From assembly GCF_058153355.1 (NCBI RefSeq), contig NZ_CM177019.1: DNA of 64,000 bases. One strand, written 5' to 3'. The translations under genes and the position numbers were made by a program. This document shows, piece by piece, positions 1 through 10,854 of the stretch; the first letter of the stretch is position 1, and the number at the start of each line of letters is the position of its first letter. The notes below the pieces were generated by a model. That model made no database searches and was not told where the DNA came from. It saw only the letters and a program-made list of their open reading frames with translations.

Positions 1-717
1 TTGAACATTCATCACGGTGAAATGGTGGCTCTGCTTGGGCCGTCGGGTTCCGGCAAATCCACCCTTTTACGTCATTTAAGCGGTTTGATTACCGGCGATA
101 AATCTGCCGGTAGCCATATCGAGCTGCTGGGCCGCACAGTCCAGCGCGAAGGCCGCCTGGCCCGCGATATCCGCAAAAGCCGCGCCAACACCGGCTACAT
201 CTTCCAACAATTCAACCTGGTGAATCGCCTGAGCGTACTGGAGAACGTGCTGATTGGCGCGCTCGGCAGCACGCCATTCTGGCGCACCTGTTTTAGCTGG
301 TTCACCCGCGAGCAGAAACAGCGCGCGTTACAGGCGCTGACCCGCGTTGGCATGGTGCACTTTGCCCATCAGCGCGTTTCCACCCTCTCCGGCGGGCAAC
401 AGCAGCGTGTGGCGATTGCCCGCGCGCTGATGCAGCAGGCGAAGGTGATTCTGGCCGATGAACCCATCGCCTCGCTGGACCCGGAATCGGCGCGCATCGT
501 GATGGACACCCTGCGCGACATTAACCAGAACGACGGCATTACCGTGGTCGTCACGCTGCATCAGGTGGATTACGCCCTGCGCTATTGCGAACGCATCGTC
601 GCCCTGCGTCAGGGGCACGTCTTTTACGACGGCAGCAGCCAACAGTTTGATAACGAACGTTTTGACCATCTCTACCGCAGCATTAATCGCATCGAAGAGA
701 ACGCGAAAGCTGCCTGA
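1..717 (+). CDS. phnC: Phosphonate ABC transporter ATP-binding subunit PhnC, 5'-truncated by window edge
   Basis: Frame-1 ORF open from position 1; Walker [13 protein letters not shown] signature LSGGQQQR, Walker B ILADEP; phnD follows 24 nt later. The leading M in the track is an internal TTG codon. Confidence 0.9.
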   Translation: MNIHHGEMVALLGPSGSGKSTLLRHLSGLITGDKSAGSHIELLGRTVQREGRLARDIRKSRANTGYIFQQFNLVNRLSVLENVLIGALGSTPFWRTCFSWFTREQKQRALQALTRVGMVHFAHQRVSTLSGGQQQRVAIARALMQQAKVILADEPIASLDPESARIVMDTLRDINQNDGITVVVTLHQVDYALRYCERIVALRQGHVFYDGSSQQFDNERFDHLYRSINRIEENAKAA

Positions 718-741
718 CATCCCCATCATTGAGGAAAACGA

Positions 742-1758
742 ATGAACGCTAAGATAATTGCCTCGCTGGCCTTCACCAGCATGTTCAGCCTCAGCACCCT
801 GTTAAGTCCGGCGCACGCCGAAGAGCAGGAAAAGGCGCTGAATTTCGGCATTATTTCAACGGAATCACAGCAAAACCTGAAACCGCAATGGACGCCGTTC
901 TTACAGGATATGGAGAAGAAGCTGGGCGTAAAGGTCAACGCCTTCTTTGCCCCGGACTACGCGGGCATTATCCAGGGGATGCGCTTCAATAAAGTGGATA
1001 TCGCCTGGTACGGCAATCTATCGGCGATGGAAGCGGTGGATCGCGCCAACGGTCAGGTCTTCGCCCAGACGGTCGCGGCGGATGGATCGCCGGGTTACTG
1101 GAGCGTGTTGATCGTCAACAAAGACAGTCCGATCAACAACCTGAACGATCTGCTGGCGAAGCGTAAAGATCTCACCTTTGGCAATGGCGATCCTAACTCC
1201 ACCTCTGGCTTCCTCGTCCCCGGCTACTACGTCTTCGCCAAAAACAATATCTCCGCCAGCGACTTCAAGCGCACCGTCAACGCCGGGCATGAAACCAACG
1301 CGCTGGCCGTCGCCAACAAGCAGGTGGATGTGGCGACCAACAACACCGAGAACCTCGACAAGCTGAAAACCTCCGCACCGGAGAAGCTCAAAGAACTGAA
1401 GGTGATCTGGAAATCGCCGCTGATCCCAGGCGATCCGATCGTCTGGCGCAAAAATCTTTCCGAAACCACCAAAGACAAGATCTACGACTTCTTTATGAAC
1501 TACGGCAAAACGCCGGAAGAGAAAGCGGTGCTGGAGCGCCTGGGCTGGGCCCCGTTCCGCGCCTCCAGCGACCTGCAACTGGTGCCGATTCGCCAGCTCG
1601 CGCTGTTTAAAGAGATGCAGGGCGTGAAAGGCAATAAAGGGCTGAATGAGCAGGACAAGCTGGCAAAAACCAGCGCCATTCAGGCGCAACTGGATGACCT
1701 GGACCGCCTGAACAACGCGTTAAGCGCGATGAGTTCGGTGAGTAAAGCGGTGCAGTAA
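742..1758 (+). CDS. phnD: Periplasmic phosphonate-binding protein PhnD
   Basis: 338-aa ORF with N-terminal signal peptide (…LLSPAHA/EE), GAGGAAAA RBS upstream, operon position after phnC. Confidence 0.92.
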   Translation: MNAKIIASLAFTSMFSLSTLLSPAHAEEQEKALNFGIISTESQQNLKPQWTPFLQDMEKKLGVKVNAFFAPDYAGIIQGMRFNKVDIAWYGNLSAMEAVDRANGQVFAQTVAADGSPGYWSVLIVNKDSPINNLNDLLAKRKDLTFGNGDPNSTSGFLVPGYYVFAKNNISASDFKRTVNAGHETNALAVANKQVDVATNNTENLDKLKTSAPEKLKELKVIWKSPLIPGDPIVWRKNLSETTKDKIYDFFMNYGKTPEEKAVLERLGWAPFRASSDLQLVPIRQLALFKEMQGVKGNKGLNEQDKLAKTSAIQAQLDDLDRLNNALSAMSSVSKAVQ

Positions 1759-1773
1759 TGTGCTCGATCGGTC

Positions 1774-1860
1774 CCCTCTCCCTTGAGGGAGAGGGTTAGG
1801 GTGAGGGGGGAAATACGCACGCTGATGCCCTCACCCCGGCCCTCTCCCACAGGGAGAGGG
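1774..1860. repeat. Three nested GC-rich stem-loops in the phnD-phnE intergenic region
   Basis: CCCTCTCCC-TTGA-GGGAGAGGG (about 1774-1795), GGGTGAGGG…CCCTCACCC (about 1799-1807 with 1828-1836) and CCCTCTCCC-ACA-GGGAGAGGG (about 1840-1860). Confidence 0.75.
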
Positions 1861-1884
1861 AGAAAACATTAAACGGAGCCAAAC

Positions 1885-2664
1885 ATGCAAACCATCACCA
1901 TCGCCCCACCCAAGCGCAGCTGGTTCTCGCTTCTGAGCTGGGCCATTGTTCTCGCCGTGCTGGTCGTCTCGTGGCAGGGCGCGGAAATGGCCCCGCTCAC
2001 GCTGATTAAAGACGGCGGCAACATGGCGACGTTCGCCGCCGACTTCTTCCCGCCCGATTTCAGCCAGTGGCAGGATTACCTCACCGAAATGGCCGTCACG
2101 CTGCAAATCGCCGTCTGGGGCACCGCGCTGGCAGTCGTTCTCTCCATCCCCTTCGGCCTGATGAGCGCCGAAAACCTGGTGCCGTGGTGGGTGTACCAGC
2201 CCGTGCGCCGTCTGATGGACGCCTGCCGCGCCATTAACGAAATGGTCTTCGCCATGCTGTTCGTGGTCGCCGTCGGTCTCGGGCCGTTCGCTGGCGTGCT
2301 GGCGCTGTTTATTCACACCACCGGCGTGCTTTCCAAACTGCTTTCCGAAGCGGTGGAAGCGATTGAACCCGGCCCGGTGGAAGGTATTCGCGCCACTGGT
2401 GCCAACAAGCTCGAAGAGATCCTCTACGGCGTGCTGCCGCAGGTGATGCCGCTGCTGATCTCCTACTCCCTCTATCGCTTCGAATCCAACGTCCGTTCGG
2501 CCACCGTTGTTGGCATGGTCGGCGCTGGCGGGATCGGCGTCACGCTGTGGGAAGCGATTCGCGGTTTCCAGTTCCAGCAAACCTGCGCCCTGATGGTGCT
2601 GATTATCGTCACGGTCAGCCTGCTGGATTTCCTCTCTCAACGGTTGCGTAAGCACTTTATCTGA
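1885..2664 (+). CDS. phnE: Phosphonate ABC transporter permease PhnE (intact reading frame)
   Basis: 259-aa hydrophobic ORF with GGAG RBS, uninterrupted; lies between phnD and phnF. Confidence 0.85.
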   Translation: MQTITIAPPKRSWFSLLSWAIVLAVLVVSWQGAEMAPLTLIKDGGNMATFAADFFPPDFSQWQDYLTEMAVTLQIAVWGTALAVVLSIPFGLMSAENLVPWWVYQPVRRLMDACRAINEMVFAMLFVVAVGLGPFAGVLALFIHTTGVLSKLLSEAVEAIEPGPVEGIRATGANKLEEILYGVLPQVMPLLISYSLYRFESNVRSATVVGMVGAGGIGVTLWEAIRGFQFQQTCALMVLIIVTVSLLDFLSQRLRKHFI

Positions 2665-2684
2665 TAAGCGAGGCATTGATATCT

Positions 2685-3410
2685 ATGCACTTGTCTACAC
2701 ATCCGACCAGCTACCCAACACGCTATCAGGAGATAGCCGCAAAACTTGAGCAGGAGCTTCGTCAACACTACCGCTGCGGCGACTATCTTCCCGCCGAGCA
2801 GCAACTGGCAGCGCGCTTTGAGGTGAATCGCCACACCCTGCGCCGTGCCATCGACCAACTGGTGGAAAAAGGCTGGGTACAGCGCCGTCAGGGCGTCGGC
2901 GTGCTGGTGCTGATGCGCCCGTTCGATTACCCGCTCAACGCTCAGGCGCGTTTTAGCCAGAACCTGCTGGATCAGGGTAGCCATCCCACCAGCGAAAAAC
3001 TGCTGTCCGTGCTGCGCCCGGCCTCCGGTCACGTCGCTGACGCGCTGGGGATAACCGAGGGCGAGAACGTTATCCACCTGCGCACCCTGCGCCGGGTCAA
3101 CGGCGTCGCGCTCTGTTTAATCGACCACTACTTTGCGGACCTCACCCTCTGGCCGACGCTGCAACGCTTCGACAGCGGCTCGCTGCACGATTTTCTGCGT
3201 GAGCAAACGGGGATTGCGCTGCGCCGCAGCCAGACGCGGATCAGCGCCCGCCGCGCCCAGGCCAAAGAGTGCCAGCGTCTTGAAATCCCGAATATGTCGC
3301 CGCTGCTGTGCGTGCGCACCCTTAACCACCGTGACGGTGAAAGCAGCCCGGCGGAGTACTCCGTCAGCCTGACGCGCGCCGACATGATTGAATTCACTAT
3401 GGAGCACTGA
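2685..3410 (+). CDS. phnF: GntR-family transcriptional regulator PhnF
   Basis: Track ORF 2676-3410 trimmed to ATG giving 241 aa; N-terminal HTH region; operon context. Confidence 0.85.
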   Translation: MHLSTHPTSYPTRYQEIAAKLEQELRQHYRCGDYLPAEQQLAARFEVNRHTLRRAIDQLVEKGWVQRRQGVGVLVLMRPFDYPLNAQARFSQNLLDQGSHPTSEKLLSVLRPASGHVADALGITEGENVIHLRTLRRVNGVALCLIDHYFADLTLWPTLQRFDSGSLHDFLREQTGIALRRSQTRISARRAQAKECQRLEIPNMSPLLCVRTLNHRDGESSPAEYSVSLTRADMIEFTMEH

Positions 3411-3863
3411 ATGCACGCAGATACCGCGACCCGCCAGCACTGGATGTCCGTGCTGGCGCACAGCCAACCGGCTGAACTGGCTAACCGCCTTAAAGCGCTA
3501 AACATCACCGCCGACTATGACATTATCCGCGCCGCCGAAACCGGCCTGGTACAGATTCAGGCGCGGATGGGTGGCACCGGCGAACGCTTTTTTGCCGGCG
3601 ACGCCACGCTCACCCGCGCCGCCATACGCCTGACTGACGGCACGCTCGGCTACAGCTGGGTGCTGGGGCGCGACAAACAGCACGCCGAACGCTGCGCGCT
3701 GATTGACGCGCTGATGCAGCAATCTCGCCACTTTCAAAACTTATCAGAAACCCTTATTGCCCCGCTGGACGCTGACCGTATGGCACGCATTGCCGCACGC
3801 CAGGCCGAAGTGAACGCCAGTCGGGTCGACTTCTTTACGATGGTTCGCGGAGACAACGCATGA
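3411..3863 (+). CDS. phnG: C-P lyase core complex subunit PhnG
   Basis: 150-aa ORF; start abuts phnF stop; recognised PhnG sequence. Confidence 0.9.
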   Translation: MHADTATRQHWMSVLAHSQPAELANRLKALNITADYDIIRAAETGLVQIQARMGGTGERFFAGDATLTRAAIRLTDGTLGYSWVLGRDKQHAERCALIDALMQQSRHFQNLSETLIAPLDADRMARIAARQAEVNASRVDFFTMVRGDNA

Positions 3864-4444
3864 CCCTGGAAACCGCTTTTATGCTTCCCGTGCAGGATGC
3901 CCAGCACAGTTTTCGTCGCCTGTTAAAGGCCATGAGCGAGCCGGGCGTGATTGTCGCCCTACATCAACTCAAACGCGGCTGGCAGCCGCTGAATATTGCC
4001 TCTACCAGCGTATTGCTGACGCTGGCTGATAACGACACGCCGGTGTGGCTTTCCGCGCCATTAAGTAACGATATCGTCAGCCAGAGCCTGCGTTTTCATA
4101 CCAACGCCCCGCTGGTCAATCAGCCGGAACAGGCGACCTTCGCAGTGACGGATGAGGCGATTGCCAGCGAGCAGCTCAACGCCCTTTCCACCGGCACCGC
4201 CGTTGCGCCGGAAGCCGGTGCGACGTTGATTTTACAGGTCACCAGCCTGAGCGGCGGACGCATGCTGCGCCTCACCGGCGCGGGTATTGCCGAAGAACGG
4301 ATGATCGCCCCGCAACTGCCGGAGTGCATTCTGCACGAACTCACCGAGCGCCCGCACCCGTTCCCGCTCGGCATCGACCTGATCCTGACCTGCGGCGAGC
4401 GCCTGCTGGCTATTCCGCGAACCACTCATGTGGAGGTGTGCTGA
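3860..4444 (+). CDS. phnH: C-P lyase core complex subunit PhnH
   Basis: 194-aa ORF overlapping phnG stop by 4 nt (translational coupling). Confidence 0.9.
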   Translation: MTLETAFMLPVQDAQHSFRRLLKAMSEPGVIVALHQLKRGWQPLNIASTSVLLTLADNDTPVWLSAPLSNDIVSQSLRFHTNAPLVNQPEQATFAVTDEAIASEQLNALSTGTAVAPEAGATLILQVTSLSGGRMLRLTGAGIAEERMIAPQLPECILHELTERPHPFPLGIDLILTCGERLLAIPRTTHVEVC

Positions 4445-5508
4445 TGTACGTTGCCGTGAAAGGGGGCGAGAAGGCGATCGACGCCGCCCACGCCCTGCAA
4501 GAGAGCCGACGCCGGGGCGATACCGATTTGCCTGAACTGAGCGTCGCCCAGATTGAACAGCAGCTTAATCTCGCGGTGGATCGCGTGATGACCGAAGGCG
4601 GCATTGCCGACCGCGAACTGGCCGCACTGGCGCTGAAACAGGCCAGTGGCGATAACGTTGAAGCAATTTTCCTGCTGCGCGCCTACCGCACGACGCTGGC
4701 AAAACTGGCGGTAAGCGAGCCGCTCGACACCACCGGGATGCGTCTCGAACGCCGTATCTCCGCCGTTTATAAAGACATTCCTGGCGGCCAGCTGCTTGGC
4801 CCGACCTACGACTACACCCATCGCCTGCTGGATTTCACCCTGCTGGCGAATGGCGAAGCGCCGACGCTGACCACCGCCGACAGCGAGCAAGCCCCATCGC
4901 CGCACGTTTTCAGCCTGCTGGCGCGTCAGGGGCTGGCGAAGTTTGAAGAGGATAGCGGCGCACAGCCGGATGACATCACCCGTACACCGCCGGTTTACCC
5001 TTGCTCTCGCGCCTCCCGCCTGCAACAGCTCATGCGCGGCGACGAAGGCTACTTGCTGGCGCTGGCCTACTCCACCCAGCGCGGATATGGTCGCAATCAC
5101 CCCTTCGCAGGTGAAATCCGCAGCGGCTATATCGACGTGTCGATTGTGCCAGAAGAGCTGGGATTTTCAGTAAACGTCGGCGAACTGCTGATGACCGAGT
5201 GTGAAATGGTCAACGGTTTTATCGACCCGCCGGATGAGCCGCCGCACTTCACGCGCGGCTACGGGCTGGTGTTCGGCATGAGCGAGCGCAAAGCGATGGC
5301 AATGGCGCTGGTTGACCGTGCGTTGCAGGCTCCGGAGTACGGCGAGCACGCGACAGGCCCGGCGCAGGATGAAGAGTTCGTGCTGGCGCATGCCGACAAC
5401 GTCGAAGCCGCAGGCTTTGTCTCGCACCTCAAACTCCCGCACTACGTCGATTTCCAGGCCGAGCTGGAGCTACTCAAACGTCTGCAACAGGAGCAGAACC
5501 ATGGCTAA
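4444..5508 (+). CDS. phnI: C-P lyase core complex subunit PhnI
   Basis: Track ORF 4324-5508 trimmed to the ATG overlapping the phnH stop ([13 protein letters not shown]…), giving 354 aa. Confidence 0.88.
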   Translation: MYVAVKGGEKAIDAAHALQESRRRGDTDLPELSVAQIEQQLNLAVDRVMTEGGIADRELAALALKQASGDNVEAIFLLRAYRTTLAKLAVSEPLDTTGMRLERRISAVYKDIPGGQLLGPTYDYTHRLLDFTLLANGEAPTLTTADSEQAPSPHVFSLLARQGLAKFEEDSGAQPDDITRTPPVYPCSRASRLQQLMRGDEGYLLALAYSTQRGYGRNHPFAGEIRSGYIDVSIVPEELGFSVNVGELLMTECEMVNGFIDPPDEPPHFTRGYGLVFGMSERKAMAMALVDRALQAPEYGEHATGPAQDEEFVLAHADNVEAAGFVSHLKLPHYVDFQAELELLKRLQQEQNHG

Positions 5509-6346
5509 TCTGAGCGGCTACAACTTTGCCTACCTCGACGAGCAGACCAAACGCATGATCCGCCGCGCCATCTTAAAAGCGGTGGCGATCCCCGGCTATC
5601 AGGTGCCGTTTGGCGGGCGCGAGATGCCGATGCCATACGGCTGGGGAACCGGCGGCATACAGCTTACCGCCAGCGTGATTGGCGAAAGCGACGTGTTGAA
5701 GGTGATTGACCAGGGCGCGGATGACACCACCAACGCCGTATCAATTCGCAACTTTTTCAAGCGCGTGACCGGGGTAAACACCACTGAACGTACGGATGAT
5801 GCGACGCTTATCCAGACGCGCCACCGCATCCCCGAAACGCCGCTGACCGAAGATCAGATCATTATTTTCCAGGTGCCCATCCCCGAACCGCTGCGCTTTA
5901 TCGAGCCGCGCGAAACGGAGACCCGCACTATGCACGCGCTGGAGGAGTACGGCGTGATGCAGGTGAAACTGTATGAAGATATCGCCCGCTTCGGTCATAT
6001 CGCCACCACCTACGCCTATCCGGTGAAGGTGAACGGACGCTACGTAATGGACCCATCGCCGATCCCGAAATTTGATAACCCGAAAATGGACATGATGCCC
6101 GCCCTGCAACTGTTCGGCGCGGGGCGCGAAAAGCGTATTTATGCGGTGCCGCCGTTTACCCGCGTGGAAAGCCTCGATTTCGACGATCATCCGTTCACCG
6201 TTCAGCAGTGGGATGAACCCTGCGCGATTTGCGGATCAACCCACAGCTATCTTGATGAAGTGGTGCTGGATGACGCCGGAAACCGCATGTTTGTCTGCTC
6301 CGATACCGATTATTGCCGCCAACAGAGCGAGGCGAAAAGCCAATGA
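5501..6346 (+). CDS. phnJ: C-P lyase catalytic subunit PhnJ (radical SAM-dependent)
   Basis: Track ORF trimmed to MANLSGYNFAYLDEQ… (281 aa); C-terminal Cys cluster CAICGSTHSYLDE…CSDTDYC; overlaps phnI by 8 nt. Confidence 0.9.
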   Translation: MANLSGYNFAYLDEQTKRMIRRAILKAVAIPGYQVPFGGREMPMPYGWGTGGIQLTASVIGESDVLKVIDQGADDTTNAVSIRNFFKRVTGVNTTERTDDATLIQTRHRIPETPLTEDQIIIFQVPIPEPLRFIEPRETETRTMHALEEYGVMQVKLYEDIARFGHIATTYAYPVKVNGRYVMDPSPIPKFDNPKMDMMPALQLFGAGREKRIYAVPPFTRVESLDFDDHPFTVQQWDEPCAICGSTHSYLDEVVLDDAGNRMFVCSDTDYCRQQSEAKSQ

Positions 6347-7101
6347 ATCAACCGTTACTTTCGGTCAATAACCTGACCCACCTCTACGCGCCGGGCAAAG
6401 GCTTTAGCGATGTCTCTTTTGATTTATGGCCGGGGGAAGTGCTGGGCATCGTCGGGGAATCCGGCTCCGGGAAGACCACGCTGCTGAAATCAATCTCCGC
6501 GCGCCTGACGCCGCAGCAGGGGGAGATTCGCTATGAAAACCGCTCCCTCTATGGCATGAGCGAAGCCGACCGCCGCCGTTTGCTGCGCACCGAATGGGGC
6601 GTGGTGCATCAGCATCCGCTCGACGGCCTGCGCCGTCAGGTGTCAGCAGGCGGCAATATCGGCGAACGGCTGATGGCGACCGGGGCGCGTCATTACGGCG
6701 ACATTCGCGCCACCGCGCAGAAGTGGCTGGAAGAGGTGGAGATTCCCGCCAACCGTATCGACGATCTGCCGACCACTTTTTCCGGCGGCATGCAGCAGCG
6801 TTTGCAGATTGCCCGCAACCTGGTGACGCATCCGAAGCTGGTGTTTATGGACGAGCCAACCGGCGGGCTGGATGTGTCAGTGCAGGCACGCCTGCTCGAC
6901 CTGCTGCGCGGTCTGGTGGTGGAGCTGAACCTGGCAGTGGTGATTGTCACCCATGATCTGGGTGTCGCACGCCTGTTGGCAGACCGTTTGCTGGTGATGA
7001 AACAGGGGCAAGTGGTGGAGAGTGGCTTAACCGACCGCGTGCTCGACGACCCGCATCACCCGTATACCCAGTTGCTGGTGTCATCGGTTTTGCAGAATTG
7101 A
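6343..7101 (+). CDS. phnK: ABC-type ATPase PhnK (C-P lyase accessory)
   Basis: Trimmed to MNQPLLSVNNL… (252 aa); Walker A GESGSGKTT, signature FSGGMQQR, Walker B VFMDEP. Confidence 0.9.
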   Translation: MNQPLLSVNNLTHLYAPGKGFSDVSFDLWPGEVLGIVGESGSGKTTLLKSISARLTPQQGEIRYENRSLYGMSEADRRRLLRTEWGVVHQHPLDGLRRQVSAGGNIGERLMATGARHYGDIRATAQKWLEEVEIPANRIDDLPTTFSGGMQQRLQIARNLVTHPKLVFMDEPTGGLDVSVQARLLDLLRGLVVELNLAVVIVTHDLGVARLLADRLLVMKQGQVVESGLTDRVLDDPHHPYTQLLVSSVLQN

Positions 7102-7104
7102 GCC

Positions 7105-7250
7105 GGTGCCGGATGCGGCGTAAACGCCTTATCCGGCTTTTCAGGCCGCAACGCCTGATGGCGCTTCGCTTATCAGGCCTACAAAACCATCGTAATACGT
7201 TGATATTGATTCATTTGTAGGCCGGATAAGGCGCAGCCGCCATCCGGCAA
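7105..7250. repeat. REP palindromic units between phnK and phnL
   Basis: GCCGGATGCGGCGTAAACGCCTTATCCGGC, GCCTGATGGCGCTTCGCTTATCAGGCCTAC and TAGGCCGGATAAGGCGCAGCCGCCATCCGGC in the 167-bp phnK-phnL gap. Confidence 0.85.
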
Positions 7251-7268
7251 AAACACGAAGAGGCCAAA

Positions 7269-7949
7269 ATGATCCGCGTCGAAAACGTCAGTAAAACCTT
7301 CATCCTGCACCAGCAAAACGGCGTGCGCCTGCCCGTCTTACAACGCGCCTCGCTCACCGTCAACGCGGGCGAATGCGTGGTGCTCCACGGTCACTCCGGC
7401 AGCGGCAAATCAACTCTGCTACGCTCGCTGTACGCCAACTATCTGCCCGACGAAGGGCAAATTCAGATCAAACATGGTGACGAGTGGGTAGACCTGGTCA
7501 CCGCGCCAGCGCGCAAAGTGGTGGAAATCCGCAAAACCACCGTCGGCTGGGTGAGCCAGTTTCTGCGGGTCATCCCGCGTATTTCAGCGCTGGAAGTGGT
7601 AATGCAGCCGCTGCTCGATACCGGCGTTTCGCGTGATGCCTGCGCCGCTAAAGCCGCGCGTCTGCTCACCCGCCTGAACGTGCCGGAACGTCTGTGGCAC
7701 CTGGCGCCATCGACCTTCTCCGGCGGCGAACAGCAGCGCGTCAACATCGCGCGCGGCTTTATCGTCGATTACCCCATTCTGCTGCTCGACGAACCTACTG
7801 CCTCGCTGGACGCCAAAAACAGCGCCGCGGTGGTGGAACTGATCCGCGAAGCTAAAACCCGCGGCGCAGCCATCGTCGGCATCTTCCACGACGAAGCCGT
7901 ACGCAATGACGTCGCCGACCGCCTCCACCCAATGGGAGCCTCTGCATGA
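7269..7949 (+). CDS. phnL: ABC-type ATPase PhnL (C-P lyase accessory)
   Basis: 226-aa ORF; Walker [10 protein letters not shown], signature FSGGEQQR, Walker B LLLDEP; preceded by a REP cluster. Confidence 0.9.
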   Translation: MIRVENVSKTFILHQQNGVRLPVLQRASLTVNAGECVVLHGHSGSGKSTLLRSLYANYLPDEGQIQIKHGDEWVDLVTAPARKVVEIRKTTVGWVSQFLRVIPRISALEVVMQPLLDTGVSRDACAAKAARLLTRLNVPERLWHLAPSTFSGGEQQRVNIARGFIVDYPILLLDEPTASLDAKNSAAVVELIREAKTRGAAIVGIFHDEAVRNDVADRLHPMGASA

Positions 7950-9082
7950 TTATCAATAACGTCAAACTGGTGCTGGAAAACGAAGTGGTACACGGTTCGC
8001 TGGAGGTGCAGGACGGCGAAATTCGCGCCTTTGCCGAAAGCCAGAGCCGCCTGCCAGAGGCGATGGACGGCGAAGGCGGCTGGCTGCTGCCGGGGCTGAT
8101 TGAGCTGCATACCGACAACCTCGATAAATTCTTCACTCCGCGCCCAAAAGTGGACTGGCCTGCCCACTCGGCGATGAGCAGCCACGATGCGCTGATGGTG
8201 GCGAGCGGCATCACCACCGTGCTGGACGCCGTGGCGATTGGCGACGTGCGCGACGGCGGCGATCGGCTGGAGAATCTGGAAAAGATGATCAACGCCATCG
8301 AAGAGACGCAGAAACGCGGCGTCAACCGCGCCGAGCACCGCCTGCACCTGCGCTGCGAACTGCCGCATCACACTACGCTGCCGCTGTTTGAAAAACTGGT
8401 GCAGCGCGAGCCGGTCACGCTGGTGTCGCTAATGGACCACTCACCGGGCCAGCGCCAGTTCGCCAATCGCGAGAAATATCGCGAATATTATCAGGGCAAA
8501 TACTCGCTCACCGATGCGCAGATGCAGCAGTATGAAGGGGAACAACTGGCGCTTGCCGCACGCTGGTCGCAGCCGAATCGCGAAACCATCGCCGCAATGT
8601 GCCGCGCGCGACAAATTGCCCTCGCCAGCCACGATGACGCCACGCACGCGCACGTTGCCGAATCCCACCAGCTTGGCAGCGTAATCGCCGAATTTCCCAC
8701 CACGTTCGAAGCGGCGGAAGCTTCGCGCAAGCATGGCATGAATGTATTGATGGGCGCGCCGAATATTGTGCGCGGCGGTTCGCACTCCGGCAACGTGGCG
8801 GCCAGTGAACTGGCACAGCTTGGTCTGCTGGATATCCTCTCTTCCGACTACTACCCCGCCAGCCTGCTCGATGCGGCATTTCGCGTCGCCGATGACGAGA
8901 GCAACCGCTTTACGCTGCCGCAGGCGGTGAAGCTGGTGACTAAAAATCCGGCCCAGGCGCTTAATCTTCAGGATCGCGGGGTGATTGGCGAGGGCAAACG
9001 CGCCGACCTGGTGCTGGCGCATCGCAAGGGCAACCACATTCATATCGATCACGTCTGGCGTCAGGGTAAAAGGGTGTTCTGA
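7946..9082 (+). CDS. phnM: Amidohydrolase-family phosphonate pathway protein PhnM
   Basis: 378-aa ORF overlapping phnL stop by 4 nt; recognised PhnM sequence. Confidence 0.9.
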   Translation: MIINNVKLVLENEVVHGSLEVQDGEIRAFAESQSRLPEAMDGEGGWLLPGLIELHTDNLDKFFTPRPKVDWPAHSAMSSHDALMVASGITTVLDAVAIGDVRDGGDRLENLEKMINAIEETQKRGVNRAEHRLHLRCELPHHTTLPLFEKLVQREPVTLVSLMDHSPGQRQFANREKYREYYQGKYSLTDAQMQQYEGEQLALAARWSQPNRETIAAMCRARQIALASHDDATHAHVAESHQLGSVIAEFPTTFEAAEASRKHGMNVLMGAPNIVRGGSHSGNVAASELAQLGLLDILSSDYYPASLLDAAFRVADDESNRFTLPQAVKLVTKNPAQALNLQDRGVIGEGKRADLVLAHRKGNHIHIDHVWRQGKRVF

Positions 9083-9639
9083 TGACGGGAAAACTGATTT
9101 GGTTAATGGGGGCCTCTGGCTCCGGAAAAGACAGTCTGTTGACGGAACTCCGCCAGCGGGAACAAACTCAGCTACTGGTAGCGCATCGCTACATCACGCG
9201 CGCCGCCAGCGCCGGAAGTGAAAACCATATCGCCCTGAGCGAGCAGGAGTTTTTTACCCGCGCGGGGCAGAACCTTCTGGCCTTAAGCTGGCACGCCAAC
9301 GGCCTGTATTATGGCATCGGCGTCGAGATTGACCTCTGGCTGCACGCTGGATTTGACGTGGTGGTCAACGGCTCACGCGCCCATCTACCGCAGGCGCGGG
9401 CGCGCTATCAATCGGCGCTGCTGCCCATCTGTTTACAGGTTTCGCCAGAGATCCTGCGCCAGCGCCTGGAAAACCGTGGCCGTGAAAACGCCAGTGAAAT
9501 TAACGCCCGCCTGGCGCGCGCCGCCCGCTATACTCCTCAGGATTGTCTTACGCTCAATAATGACGGCAGCCTGCGCCAGTCGGTCGACAAGCTGCTGACG
9601 CTGATTCATCAGAAGGAGAAACACCATGCCTGCTTGTGA
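9082..9639 (+). CDS. phnN: Ribose 1,5-bisphosphate phosphokinase PhnN
   Basis: 185-aa ORF with P-loop GASGSGKDS; start overlaps phnM stop. Confidence 0.9.
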
Positions 9640-10060
9640 GCTTCGCCCGGCCACGCAGTACGACACCGACGCAGTTTACGCGCTGATTTGTGAGCTAAAA
9701 CAGGCGGAGTTTGACCACCACGCGTTTCGCGTGGGGTTTAACGCCAATCTGCGCGACCCGAACATGCGCTACCATCTGGCGCTGCTGGATGGCGAAGTTG
9801 TCGGCATGATCGGCCTGCATTTGCAGTTTCATCTGCATCATGTCAACTGGATCGGCGAAATTCAGGAACTGGTGGTGATGCCGCAGGCGCGCGGTCTGAA
9901 CGTCGGCAGTAAATTACTGGCATGGGCCGAAGAAGAAGCCCGCCAGGCCGGGGCCGAAATGACCGAGCTTTCCACCAACGTCAAGCGCCACGACGCGCAC
10001 CGTTTCTATCTGCGCGAAGGCTACGAGCAGAGCCACTTCCGCTTCACCAAGGCGCTGTAA
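9626..10060 (+). CDS. phnO: GNAT-family aminoalkylphosphonate N-acetyltransferase PhnO
   Basis: 144-aa ORF overlapping phnN by 14 nt; recognised PhnO sequence. Confidence 0.88.
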
Positions 10061-10061
10061 C

Positions 10062-10820
10062 ATGAGCCTGACCCTCACACTTACTGGCACTGGCGGCGCA
10101 CAGGGCGTTCCCGCATGGGGCTGTGAGTGTGCGGCCTGCGCCAGAGCGCAGCGCTCACCGCAGTATCGCCGCCAGCCATGCAGCGGCGTCGTGAAGTTTA
10201 ACGAGGCGATCACCCTGATCGACGCCGGGCTGCACGATCTCGCCGATCGCTGGTCGCCCGGATCGTTCCAGCAGTTTTTGCTGACGCACTACCATATGGA
10301 TCACGTGCAGGGGCTGTTTCCGCTGCGCTGGGGCGTGGGCGATTCTATCCCGGTCTACGGCCCGCCGGATGAACAGGGCTGCGACGATCTGTTTAGACAT
10401 CCGGGCCTGCTTGATTTCAGCCACACGGTGGAGCCATTTGTGATGTTTGATTTGCAGGGATTACAGGTCACGCCGCTGCCGCTCAACCATTCGAAACTCA
10501 CTTTCGGCTATCTACTGGAAACGGCACATAGCCGGGTGGCGTGGCTGTCTGACACCGCAGGCCTGCCGGAAAAAACGGTGAAATTTTTACGCAATAATCA
10601 GCCGCAGGTGATGGTGATTGATTGCAGCCACCCACCGCGCGCGAATTCGCCACGCAATCACTGTGATTTAAACACCGTGCTGGCGCTGAATGAAGTTATC
10701 CGCTCGCCGCGCGTGGTTCTGACACATATCAGCCATCAGCTTGATGTGTGGCTGATGGAGAACGTACTGCCGTCAGGGTTTGAGGCGGGGTTTGATGGGA
10801 TGGAGATTGGGGTGGAGTAA
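10062..10820 (+). CDS. phnP: Metallo-beta-lactamase-fold phosphodiesterase PhnP
   Basis: 252-aa ORF with HxHxDH metal motif ([10 protein letters not shown]); last gene of the operon. Confidence 0.9.
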   Translation: MSLTLTLTGTGGAQGVPAWGCECAACARAQRSPQYRRQPCSGVVKFNEAITLIDAGLHDLADRWSPGSFQQFLLTHYHMDHVQGLFPLRWGVGDSIPVYGPPDEQGCDDLFRHPGLLDFSHTVEPFVMFDLQGLQVTPLPLNHSKLTFGYLLETAHSRVAWLSDTAGLPEKTVKFLRNNQPQVMVIDCSHPPRANSPRNHCDLNTVLALNEVIRSPRVVLTHISHQLDVWLMENVLPSGFEAGFDGMEIGVE

Positions 10821-10854
10821 TGGGTGAGGGGCGATGCCTGCTCTAAACTCAACA

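Noticed and set aside
1831-2676. 281-aa minus-strand ORF antisense to phnE; similar long antisense ORFs at 328-729, 1018-1689, 4426-5100, 8441-9052, 26417-27058 (plus strand, antisense to nrfE/nrfD), 31249-32412, 38616-39512, 44437-44886 and 61400-62176
   Set aside because: All lie entirely inside well-supported genes on the opposite strand in GC-rich DNA, have Arg/Ala/Gly/His-rich low-complexity translations, and lack convincing RBS or start contexts.
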